A stretch of 27,083 nt of DNA from a virus. Taxonomy: Duplodnaviria; Caudoviricetes. Positions 17,079-24,684 of the stretch are shown here, in pieces (the first letter of the stretch is position 1; each line of letters starts with the position of its first letter). Made by a program: the position numbers and the translations under genes. The stretch is from positions 1 to 27,083 of the IMG/VR virus record IMGVR_UViG_3300037461_001076; one strand, 5' to 3'. Under the pieces are notes generated by a model. The model saw nothing but the letters and a program-made list of their open reading frames with translations. It was not told the origin of the DNA and did no database searches.

Positions 17079-17852
17079 ATGAAGATCGTCAAGCACAAGT
17101 GGCGCTGGGCGTATCCGCTGTCACGGCGCGTGGGCAAGCCGGAGTACGTGAACTGGCACCACGCCGCGGCGAAACGGCTGACCCCGGCGTCGTTGCACCG
17201 GCTCCACCTCAACCTCGGCTGGTGCGGGTTCGGCTACAACCTGTACATCACCAAGGACGGCAAGATCCACCGCGGGCGCCCGCTGCAGTTCTGCGGCGGC
17301 GGGGCGAAGGGTGACTGGCACAACATCGGCGTCTGCCTCGAAGGCAACTACGACGTCGAGAAGGAGATGCCGGCGAAGCAGCTCCGGGCCGCGCAGGAGG
17401 TCAAGGACTACCTCGCCGCCCGCTACCCCGGCATCGGGCACCGCGGCCACCGCCAGGTACCCGGCAACAAGACCGCCTGCCCCGGCAAGCACTTCCCCTA
17501 CAAGGCCATCATGGCGGGCGTGCCCAAGAACGAGCCCCGGCCGCTCAAGCTCACCAAGCGCAGCATCACCTTCGCCCGCCAGTTCAAGCCTCACCGCGCC
17601 GGCTGGTACAACCTCGGCTTCTTCCCCTTCTACGCGAAGCTGAAGAAGCAGGGCGACGCCAAGCGCGTCGCGATCGGCCCCGACGAGGTCACCATCCCCG
17701 AGCCCGTCGAGAAGGCGTGGTGGTGGGACGACGCCGTCGAGGCGGCCGCGAAGCTCACGGCCGAGAAGAAGGCCGCGGCGGAAGCGGCGGCGGCGGGCAA
17801 GGCACCGAAGGCGCGCAAGAGACCACCCCTGTTCTGGCGATTCAGACGATAG
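17079..17852 (+). CDS. Endolysin, N-acetylmuramoyl-L-alanine amidase (Amidase_2/PGRP-like)
   Basis: WHHAA, GWCGFGYN..DGKIHRGRP, IGVCLEGNYD, GHR, TACPG Zn-amidase motifs. Confidence 0.92.
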   Translation: MKIVKHKWRWAYPLSRRVGKPEYVNWHHAAAKRLTPASLHRLHLNLGWCGFGYNLYITKDGKIHRGRPLQFCGGGAKGDWHNIGVCLEGNYDVEKEMPAKQLRAAQEVKDYLAARYPGIGHRGHRQVPGNKTACPGKHFPYKAIMAGVPKNEPRPLKLTKRSITFARQFKPHRAGWYNLGFFPFYAKLKKQGDAKRVAIGPDEVTIPEPVEKAWWWDDAVEAAAKLTAEKKAAAEAAAAGKAPKARKRPPLFWRFRR

Positions 17853-17860
17853 GAGAGCAC

Positions 17861-17959
17861 ATGCCCGACCTGCACATCCCGATCAAGGTGACCACCAAGG
17901 CGACCGGCACCGTGACCCACAAGCCGGCCGCGAAGACCGAAGAGAAGAAGGAGGGCTGA
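17861..17959 (+). CDS. Small 32-aa ORF
   Basis: AGGAG RBS and ATG at 17861. MPDLHIPIKVTTKATGTVTHKPAAKTEEKKEG fills the gap exactly. Confidence 0.6.
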   Translation: MPDLHIPIKVTTKATGTVTHKPAAKTEEKKEG

Positions 17960-17963
17960 CAGA

Positions 17964-18380
17964 ATGGCAGCCGACCCGAAGATCTCCTACTCCGCAGCCA
18001 ACTCCATGATGGACGCCTTCGACACGGCCGCGGCCTCCGGCAAGCTCCGCATCTATGAGTCGACCGGCTCGCCGCCCTCGAACGCCGACGACGCCATCAA
18101 CGGCACCCTGCTCGCCGAGCTGACCATGGGCAGCCCCGCCTTCGGCGCCTCGGCCAACGGCGTGCTCACCGCCGAGGCCATCACCTCGGACTCCGACGCC
18201 AACGCCGCCGGGACCGCCGACTACTTCCGCCTCTGGGCCTCGAACGGCACCACCTGCCTCCTCCAGGGCACGGCCGGCGAAGCCGCCGACTCGACCGACA
18301 TGACCCTCGACGAGAAGACGATCACCCTGCACGCGACCGTCGCCGTCTCGGCGATGACCGTGACACTCGCCCGCGAGTAG
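17964..18380 (+). CDS. Putative virion structural protein (fibre-associated, 138 aa)
   Basis: KLRIY..P..AD...TLLAELT..AFG..A.GTADYFRL is a pattern recognised from phage virion hypothetical proteins. GGAGG RBS. Confidence 0.6.
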   Translation: MAADPKISYSAANSMMDAFDTAAASGKLRIYESTGSPPSNADDAINGTLLAELTMGSPAFGASANGVLTAEAITSDSDANAAGTADYFRLWASNGTTCLLQGTAGEAADSTDMTLDEKTITLHATVAVSAMTVTLARE

Positions 18381-18398
18381 CCGTAGCCAAGAGGCGCT

Positions 18399-20132
18399 GT
18401 GGCGACCGTAACCAAGAGCTGGACGTGGAATGCCGGAGATGAGTCGTGGACCGCCACGACCGGCACCATGGACACGGTCGCGCGCTCGACGACCTACTAC
18501 TCGTCGGCGTCGGGCGCGCTCTACGGCTACACGAACAACACCTCCGCCTCGGCGGGCTCGTTCGACTGGAAGCCGGGGACGGGCTCCACTGACGGCACCT
18601 GGGAGAGCTTCGGCGTCCCGGCTGGGGCCACCGTCACCGGCGTCGAAGTCTCAACGGTCAAGACACAGGGCGGGCTCGCGGGCTGGAACCGCGCCAACTA
18701 CTTCCGCTTCGACCTTGAGCTGACCTGTAGCGGCACGACGCACGACCTCTTCTACCGCTCGGTAGCCGACGACGGCTCGTGGCTTGAGCACACGCAGGCG
18801 TCGAAGAACGGCGCCACGATGAGCGCCATCACGGGCCTGTCGCTAGCGTCGAACGCGGCCGTGGCGCTCAAGCTCAAGGTCGAGGGCGACTGCAACACCG
18901 GCTCCGGCGGCATCGTCGACGGCGGGCTCGACGACCTGTCGATACTCGTCACCTACTCCATGACCATGACCGCGTCGGTAGCCGCGGCCCTCACCGGCAA
19001 GGTATCGACGGCGGTGAGCGCCACGAACACGGCCCCCGGCTCGATGTCGGCCACAGCGGCGGCAGCGCTGACGGGCAAGGTGACGACGGCCGCCACGGCG
19101 ACGAACACGCCGAAGATGACGGCCACCGTGGCGGCGACGCTCACGGGCAAGGTGTCCACGGCCGCCACGGCCACGAACACGCCTGCCCCCAGCGGCAGCA
19201 CGGGCACCGTCGCCGCCGCGCTCACGGGCAAGGTGAGTACGGTGGTCACCGCGACGAACACGCCGCCGGGGTCGATGACCGGGGCCGCAGCCGCCGCCCT
19301 GACGGGGAAGGTCTCTACCGCAGCGAGCGCGACGAACACCCCGCCCGACGAGATGACGGCCACCGTAGCCGCGGCTCTCACCGGGAAGGTGACGACGGCG
19401 GTCACCGCTACGAACACGCCGGTCGCGGGCCACACCGCCGCTGTGGCCGCCGCGCTGACCGGCAAGGTGTCTACCACAGCCACCGCTACGAACACGCCCG
19501 CCGGGTCCATGACCGGATCGGTCGCTGCCGCGCTGACCGGCAAGGTCTCGACGGCAGCGACGGCGACGAACGCCGAACCGGCGGGCCACACCGGCTCCGT
19601 CGCCGCTGCGCTGTCGGGGAAAGTGTCCACCGCCGCGACGGCCACCAACACCCCGGCCGGGAGCATGTCGGCCACCGTGGCCGCGTCGCTCGCGGGCAAG
19701 GTGTCGACGGCAGTCACGGCCACCAACACGCCGCCGCAGTCGGTCGGCGGATCGGTGGCGGTGTCCCTGACTGGGAAGGTCTCCACGGCGGCCACCGGGA
19801 CGAACACCGAGGCGGCAGGCTCCAGCGCCACCGTCTCGGCCACCTTGACCGGCAAGGTGTCGACAGCGGCCACCGGCACGGTCACCGCCCCGAGCGGCAT
19901 CACCGGCACGGTCGCCGTCTCGCTCACCGGCAAGGTCTCGGCGCACATCGTCACCCACATGCCCAACCTCGACCTCGTCGCCACCCTCTGCGCCGCCGGC
20001 TGGATCGCGCGCACCACGGCCGCGGGCTGGCGTACGGATTTGCACGTAGAAGGGTTCGGCTCTCGCCTTCATCCTGAGGGTTGGGAAGCGACGACCGCCG
20101 CCGAAGGCTTCAAGGCGACGACAAGGAGATGA
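18399..20132 (+). CDS. Repeat-rich fibre/appendage-like protein (577 aa)
   Basis: N-terminal ~185-aa beta-rich domain, 13 tandem ~26-aa Ala/Thr repeats, and five 9-aa C-terminal repeats. Confidence 0.7.
   Translation: MATVTKSWTWNAGDESWTATTGTMDTVARSTTYYSSASGALYGYTNNTSASAGSFDWKPGTGSTDGTWESFGVPAGATVTGVEVSTVKTQGGLAGWNRANYFRFDLELTCSGTTHDLFYRSVADDGSWLEHTQASKNGATMSAITGLSLASNAAVALKLKVEGDCNTGSGGIVDGGLDDLSILVTYSMTMTASVAAALTGKVSTAVSATNTAPGSMSATAAAALTGKVTTAATATNTPKMTATVAATLTGKVSTAATATNTPAPSGSTGTVAAALTGKVSTVVTATNTPPGSMTGAAAAALTGKVSTAASATNTPPDEMTATVAAALTGKVTTAVTATNTPVAGHTAAVAAALTGKVSTTATATNTPAGSMTGSVAAALTGKVSTAATATNAEPAGHTGSVAAALSGKVSTAATATNTPAGSMSATVAASLAGKVSTAVTATNTPPQSVGGSVAVSLTGKVSTAATGTNTEAAGSSATVSATLTGKVSTAATGTVTAPSGITGTVAVSLTGKVSAHIVTHMPNLDLVATLCAAGWIARTTAAGWRTDLHVEGFGSRLHPEGWEATTAAEGFKATTRR
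18966..19958 (+). repeat. 13 coding tandem repeats of ~78 nt (consensus xTxxVAAALTGKVSTAxTATNTPxxx)
   Basis: 13 L(T/S/A)GKV cores counted in the translation. Synonymous positions differ between copies. Confidence 0.9.
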
Positions 20133-20133
20133 G

Positions 20134-20508
20134 ATGGCGAACGCGACCTACATCCTGGGCACCAACGAGTACGTCGTCGTCGAGCTCACGCGCACCGCGC
20201 TCTCGGCCACCTTCACCCCGGCCAACTGGGAGTACGAGCTGTGTCTCGTTGGTATCGGCGAGGACTTCGACGAGACGGCCGCCACCTGGGTCGACGCGGT
20301 CTACGAGCTGGCGACCGACTCGGGCGGCCAGACCCACCACACGGTCAAGGCCCTGCTCGCGGGCGCGGACCCGCTCTCCGAGGAGCCGGGCCAGTTCATC
20401 CCCTACGTGCGCATGACCTCCATGTCAGAGTCCGAGACGCCGACCATCCTGCGCGCCTCGGGCCGCGTGAGCATCGTCGGGGCGCCGACACCCGAACCGG
20501 AGGCGTGA
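20134..20508 (+). CDS. Putative fibre-anchoring structural protein (124 aa)
   Basis: AAGGAG RBS. Beta-rich EYVVVEL..WVDA..PGQFIPYVRMT..GRVSI. Follows the repeat protein. Confidence 0.5.
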   Translation: MANATYILGTNEYVVVELTRTALSATFTPANWEYELCLVGIGEDFDETAATWVDAVYELATDSGGQTHHTVKALLAGADPLSEEPGQFIPYVRMTSMSESETPTILRASGRVSIVGAPTPEPEA

Positions 20509-20514
20509 TGGGCC

Positions 20515-20712
20515 GTGCCCTTGCGCACCACCTACCCGTGTGCCAGGTGCCTCAGGCAGGCGCGCTGCGCGTGGCTCCTCAGGGATCTGCGCAACGCCGT
20601 CGCCGAGGCGCGGCTGCGGGGGATGCGCGAGGACGAGATGCCTGAGGTCATCGTCGACTGCGTGGGCCAGTTCGTGCCGGCCTCGCTGGTCAAGCGTGGA
20701 GACGCGGCGTAG
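20515..20712 (+). CDS. Small Cys-containing hypothetical protein
   Basis: CxxC-x5-C...C, possible Zn binding. The stop abuts the next start. Confidence 0.55.
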   Translation: MPLRTTYPCARCLRQARCAWLLRDLRNAVAEARLRGMREDEMPEVIVDCVGQFVPASLVKRGDAA

Positions 20713-21992
20713 TGCCGGCCAAACGCTGGGCGCCGGTGAGCGCCGACGAAGTCGTGCGCGTTCTTCGCGAGCAGGGCTCGATCCGCCACGCCGCCCGCGA
20801 GCTTGGCATCACCGGCGACACCCTGCGGGCGTGGGCCAAGCGCGAGGGCGTCGACCTCTCACCGTACAAGTACTCGGGGTCGCGGCCGCCGGATGGCCTC
20901 GGGGGCTCGTCTCCGGAAGACCAGTTCGTGAGGGACGCCGCGATGGAGGGGCTCAAGCGGTCGCGCGATCACTACAAGAAGCTCTACGAGGTCGCCGTCA
21001 AGCGCGAGAACGTGAGCGAGGAACTGCTGGCCGCGGCGCGCACGGTGATGGGCGGCGTGCGGCCCACGAGGATCGTGCCCCCGCGGCTGGGCCGCGGTGA
21101 GACGGTCGAGGACGCCATCCTCGGGTGGGCCGACTGGCACGGCGGCGAGCGCATCGACTACGACGTCATGCAGGGCTTCAACGCCTACGACCCGGTCATC
21201 ATGTGCCGGCGCGCGCAGTACACCGTCGACCACACGCTGGAGATCCTTTTCGGCTGCCACTCCGGCACGACCTTCGAGCGGCTCTTCGTCTTCGACCTGG
21301 GCGACGGCGTCGCCGGCGACCTCCTGGACGACAACAAGGCCACCAACGCGATGGGCGTCTTCGAGTCCATGCGCCTCGTGACCGTGGTCAAGAGCGCCGC
21401 GCTCACGGAGCTGTCGGCCTACCTGCCGGTGGTCTACGTCGCGGTGCCGGGCAACCACGCCAGGCGCACGCCGAAGATGCCCTGGAAGCAGCCCTCCGAG
21501 ACGGCCGACTGGCTCATGGCAAAGATGATCGCCGACCGCTGCGCGGGCAACGAGCGCATCACCTGCGTCGTGCCGAACGCTTGGACGGCCGGCGTCACCG
21601 TCCGCGGCTGGAACCACTCCCTGAACCACGGCTACTCAGCGGCCAAGGGCGGCTACGGCGGCATCAGCTTCTACGCCTTCCAGCGCGCCGACGGGAAGAA
21701 GACGGCGCTCGAGTCGGCGCACGGGCAGCGCATCCACCACCGCTGGTACGGCCACATCCACACGCCGGCGGAGTTGCCCAAGATGGACGGCGTCGGCACG
21801 CAGCACATCGTCGGCTCGCTGAAGGGCGGCGACGAGTACGCACTGGAGCAGCTGAACACCTACAACGACCCCGTCCAGAAGCTCGTCGGTTGCCACGAGA
21901 AGTACGGCGTCACCTGGCGCTACCCGCTCGAGGTGAAGCACGCCGACGAGACGCCGAGCCGCTACGAGGAGGCGGAAGAGGTGGCGACGTGA
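20712..21992 (+). CDS. HTH + calcineurin-like metallophosphoesterase
   Basis: N-terminal HTH (GSIRHAARELGITGDTLRAW), a coiled coil, then all five motifs: DWH, GD, GNH, HG, GHIH. Confidence 0.88.
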   Translation: MPAKRWAPVSADEVVRVLREQGSIRHAARELGITGDTLRAWAKREGVDLSPYKYSGSRPPDGLGGSSPEDQFVRDAAMEGLKRSRDHYKKLYEVAVKRENVSEELLAAARTVMGGVRPTRIVPPRLGRGETVEDAILGWADWHGGERIDYDVMQGFNAYDPVIMCRRAQYTVDHTLEILFGCHSGTTFERLFVFDLGDGVAGDLLDDNKATNAMGVFESMRLVTVVKSAALTELSAYLPVVYVAVPGNHARRTPKMPWKQPSETADWLMAKMIADRCAGNERITCVVPNAWTAGVTVRGWNHSLNHGYSAAKGGYGGISFYAFQRADGKKTALESAHGQRIHHRWYGHIHTPAELPKMDGVGTQHIVGSLKGGDEYALEQLNTYNDPVQKLVGCHEKYGVTWRYPLEVKHADETPSRYEEAEEVAT

Positions 21993-22540
21993 GCGATGAC
22001 GAGCCCTACGGCGACGTGCCGAAGGTACCTGACCTCGTCGAGGGCTATATCGCCTCGAATGAGGGTGTTTCCCAAGCGGACAACGTTCCCAAATCGGGAA
22101 CCTTGAATACCGCCGAGCCTTATTCAGACTTCCACTTCGTCCCCATGAACCAGCTCGAGGGGCTCGCCGACAACGAGCTCCTCACCGCCATGGCCGTGCG
22201 CTTCTCCCGCTGCCTCGCAATCGCGCGGGCGAAGAACGCCGACTACGCGGGCGACGCCGACCCATGGGCCAACTTCCGCCGCTCAGAGCTGGTTGGCGTC
22301 CCGGTAGCGCGCGGCATCCTCGTGCGCCTGACCGACAAGCTGGCGCGCATCTCGAATCTGCTCGACCGCGAGCCCGAGGTCGCCGACGAGCGCCTGACCG
22401 ACACGATCGACGACGCGATCAGCTATCTGGCGATCCTCGGGGCGTGGCTCGACACCGTGCAATCCGAACGCGGCGCGTGCGATCTGCATGGTCGGGGCCG
22501 GATTCACCGCGCCGGTGAAGCCGGCGGGAAGACGTCCTAG
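21989..22540 (+). CDS. DUF1599/Nmad1-like (nucleotide modification associated, all-helical) protein
   Basis: GTG at 21989 overlaps the upstream stop. AKNADYA..ANF..VRLTDKLARI..DERLTDTIDDAISY. This is the real 3' part of track ORF 21125..22540. Confidence 0.8.
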   Translation: MSDDEPYGDVPKVPDLVEGYIASNEGVSQADNVPKSGTLNTAEPYSDFHFVPMNQLEGLADNELLTAMAVRFSRCLAIARAKNADYAGDADPWANFRRSELVGVPVARGILVRLTDKLARISNLLDREPEVADERLTDTIDDAISYLAILGAWLDTVQSERGACDLHGRGRIHRAGEAGGKTS

Positions 22541-22545
22541 CGTGA

Positions 22546-22619
22546 TGGTAGGATGTACAGCGAAGTGCCCCGGCACCGCTGGAACGGCCCGGGGCGTGGC
22601 AACGGACGTAGGAGGTCCG
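22546..22619 (+). promoter_or_regulatory. Extended -10 plus structured leader of the HNH gene
   Basis: TG-G-TAGGAT at 22546-22554, a hairpin at 22567-22595, and a CGGAC-GTAGGAG-GTCCG hairpin over the GGAGGT RBS. Confidence 0.6.
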
Positions 22620-23108
22620 ATGCGCTCTGATGATAGCACCCTCCGCATTCCCCTCTCCCGTGGCGCCTTCGCGCTGATCGATGCTGCCGACGCCGAGCGC
22701 GTGTCGAGGCGTAGGTGGCACCTGATGAGGGGGCAATCTGGTGTCAGGTACGCACTCACTGGCGGGGGCCTGTCGATGCACCGCCTCATCCTTGGCCTTT
22801 CCAAAGGTGACGCGACGCATGTAGACCACATCAACGGCGACGGCCTCGACAATCGACGAAGCAACCTCAGAACCTGCACTCGCGGCCAGAACGCGATGAA
22901 CTCGCGCAAGCCCCGACGCGCTCGACACCAGTGGTCCAAGTACAAGGGTGTCTGCCGCCACGAGCGTAAGTGGCAAGCCTATGTCCACATCGACGGGCGG
23001 ATGCTGAATCTCGGGCTCTTTGAGACGGAGTACGACGCGGCTTGTGCTCGCGATGCGGCAGCCCGGTGGGTCTACGGCGAGTTCGCGTGGGTCGAACTTG
23101 CTGACTGA
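22620..23108 (+). CDS. HNH homing endonuclease with AP2 DNA-binding domain
   Basis: MHRLI, VDHINGDGLDNRRSNLR..QN, SKYKGV..WQAY..LGLF..AACARD. GGAGGT RBS before ATG 22620. Visibly lower GC than the flanks. Confidence 0.93.
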   Translation: MRSDDSTLRIPLSRGAFALIDAADAERVSRRRWHLMRGQSGVRYALTGGGLSMHRLILGLSKGDATHVDHINGDGLDNRRSNLRTCTRGQNAMNSRKPRRARHQWSKYKGVCRHERKWQAYVHIDGRMLNLGLFETEYDAACARDAAARWVYGEFAWVELAD

Positions 23109-23180
23109 TTTTTTGCACGTAGAGCCGCGCCGCGCCAGCCCCTAGGCTCGTCTGGCACGGGACATTCTCCCCCCGTGAAC

Positions 23181-23215
23181 GGGGCGGCCGGCCCCGGTGT
23201 CCGGTCGGCCGCCCC
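23181..23215 (+). terminator. GC-rich intergenic hairpin
   Basis: GGGGCGGCCG...CGGCCGCCCC 10-bp perfect stem, extendable with a G-U pair. Confidence 0.5.
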
Positions 23216-23278
23216 TGATACCGAGGAGCGCAGGAGGATGAGACGGTCGAGCTGCACCACCCCGAGACGCGGATCCGC

Positions 23279-23899
23279 ATGGCGGTCCCCGAGGGCCACG
23301 GGCGCTGCTACGACCACGGCGGCGACCGCATCTGTGCCGGCGAGGGCTGCACGACCATCCTCTCGCGCTACAACCGGGGGCCGCTGTGCTGCCTCTGCGC
23401 CGGCAGGGAGGTGCCGATGAAGCCGAAGGTCGAAGGCGGAAGCGACCGCGAGCGAGTGCTGGAGCTGCTGCAGCGGCAGGGTGACGTTCCCGTGGCGCGT
23501 CGCGCCGCGGCTGACGAACTCGACCTCACCGAACGCTGCGTCGCCCAGCACGTCTCGCGGCTCAAGGCCGAGCACGACATCGAGGTCGACGGCAGCGACG
23601 GCCTCGTGACCTACAGCTATCGATCACCCAAGTCCGCGCCGGGCGGCCCCCCGGCGCCGGCTCCCGACCCCATCCGGGAGCCACCCGCGGAAGAGGCGGC
23701 GACCCCGGTCCCTGGTACCCCCGCTGGGGCGCCGCCATCCGCGGGGGAAGAGCTGGAGTCGCTCACGCTGCACGTCTCGCCCGACCCCGAGCTCGAGGTC
23801 ATCGAGCGTTGTGTCGCGGCTTTCGAGGCGTCGAGGGTGGAACTGGACCGCGCCAGCTGCGAGCGCATCTTCGACTACCTCATGAGGCGCTACACATGA
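23279..23899 (+). CDS. Zn-ribbon + winged-HTH putative regulator
   Basis: RICAGEGCTTILSRYNRGPLCCLC, then RERVLELL..AAADELDLTERCVAQHVSRLK, a Pro-rich linker and a helical C-terminus. Start uncertain. Confidence 0.65.
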   Translation: MAVPEGHGRCYDHGGDRICAGEGCTTILSRYNRGPLCCLCAGREVPMKPKVEGGSDRERVLELLQRQGDVPVARRAAADELDLTERCVAQHVSRLKAEHDIEVDGSDGLVTYSYRSPKSAPGGPPAPAPDPIREPPAEEAATPVPGTPAGAPPSAGEELESLTLHVSPDPELEVIERCVAAFEASRVELDRASCERIFDYLMRRYT

Positions 23900-24087
23900 G
23901 CAGCCGCCTCACCGGCCGCCGCTGGCTCACCGTGCCCGAGTTCGCCGAGCTGACCGGCGTCAAGCCCGACACGATCCGCGACCGCCTCGAGCGCGGGGTC
24001 TACGCCGGCCGCCGCGTCGGGGGGCGCTGGCGGGTGGCGGCCAGTGAGGCGAGGAGATTCTCAACCGAAGCGAGGGGGAGGGGGTGA
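23896..24087 (+). CDS. Excisionase-like HTH DNA-binding protein
   Basis: ATGA overlap. WLTVPEFAELTGVKPDTIRDRLERG..GRRVGGRWRV. Confidence 0.85.
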   Translation: MSSRLTGRRWLTVPEFAELTGVKPDTIRDRLERGVYAGRRVGGRWRVAASEARRFSTEARGRG

Positions 24088-24092
24088 ACTGA

Positions 24093-24293
24093 ATGGATTG
24101 GATCCGCGTGAGAGCCGCGATCATCCGCGCCTTCTGGACCGTAGTGTTCCCGCTCATCGGCGGGCTCGTGGCCTACCTCATCGAGCCGGGTGTGCTCGAG
24201 GAGGTCGGCGTCACGAACGCCAGCATCGCGCTCATCGTCGGGGCCGTGCTGTACGGACTGAAGAAACTGATCTGGCCCGACACCGTTCTCTGA
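24093..24293 (+). CDS. Small two-TM membrane protein, holin candidate
   Basis: 66 aa with two hydrophobic segments (RAFWTVVFPLIGGLVAYLI and IALIVGAVLYGLKK). Last gene before a strong hairpin. Confidence 0.55.
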   Translation: MDWIRVRAAIIRAFWTVVFPLIGGLVAYLIEPGVLEEVGVTNASIALIVGAVLYGLKKLIWPDTVL

Positions 24294-24303
24294 TCGGGCA
24301 ACG

Positions 24304-24335
24304 GGGCCGCCGGCGCACATCATGGCCGGCGGCCC
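24304..24335 (+). terminator. Probable terminator of the late/accessory operon
   Basis: GGGCCGCCGGC-N10-GCCGGCGGCCC 11-bp stem, 10 nt after the stop. Confidence 0.6.
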
Positions 24336-24370
24336 GACCGTCTCTCAAGTACAGCATGAGGTGGACAATC

Positions 24371-24399
24371 GTGACGGAGGTCGGCCCCGGCTGTAGACT
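24371..24399 (+). promoter_or_regulatory. Putative sigma70-type promoter
   Basis: GTGACG-N17-TAGACT, intergenic. Confidence 0.55.
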
Positions 24400-24442
24400 G
24401 GCGGTCGCGACACTTCGGGCGGCGATCGATGAGGAGCAGCAC

Positions 24443-24658
24443 TTGACGAGACCACGAGGCAGGCCGCGCCGGGACGACTACGTGGGTCCGTCCGAGGCCG
24501 CTGCCATCATCAACGACGCCCTCGGCTGGACGATCAGCTCGCGCACCATCTCAAGACTCTACGACTCCGGCCGCCTAAGTGGGCACCGGACCCCGCTCGG
24601 CGGCCACCGCAGGATACTACGAGACTCCGTGGAAACATTTATCACGGAGGAATCTTGA
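24443..24658 (+). CDS. AT-hook + MerR/BldC-like HTH DNA-binding protein (71 aa)
   Basis: GAGGAG RBS and TTG start. RPRGRPR, PSEAAAII..ISSRTISRLYDSGRL..HRTPLGGHRRI. Confidence 0.78.
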   Translation: MTRPRGRPRRDDYVGPSEAAAIINDALGWTISSRTISRLYDSGRLSGHRTPLGGHRRILRDSVETFITEES

Positions 24659-24684
24659 CAAACGCGCGCGGCTGCCGATAACCT
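24655..24684 (+). promoter_or_regulatory. Strong sigma70-type early promoter
   Basis: TTGACA-N18-TAACCT upstream of the recombination operon. Confidence 0.7.

Noticed and set aside
18966-19958. Possible CRISPR array or diversity-generating retroelement repeats
   Set aside because: The repeats are in-frame coding units with synonymous variation. There are no unique spacers, cas genes, reverse transcriptase or adenine-specific mismatches.
21125-21988. 5' part of the 471-aa track ORF
   Set aside because: Arg-rich off-frame shadow of the phosphoesterase. Only the part from GTG 21989 looks like a real protein.
22085-22101. LexA/SOS box
   Set aside because: Half-site orientation and spacing (GTTC-N9-GAAC) do not match the Gram-positive GAAC-N4-GTTC box.
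22503-22519. TTCACCG-CGC-CGGTGAA palindrome sharing CCGCGCCGGTG with the 2125-2144 palindrome
   Set aside because: The spacer length and distance to the -10 box differ, and an 11-nt GC-rich match can arise by chance here.
22620-23108. Intron- or intein-encoded endonuclease
   Set aside because: The HNH-AP2 gene is free-standing with its own promoter and RBS, and no flanking gene appears split.
23109-23278. tRNA or known ncRNA in the structured intergenic region
   Set aside because: No cloverleaf or TTCGA T-loop could be built, only independent hairpins.
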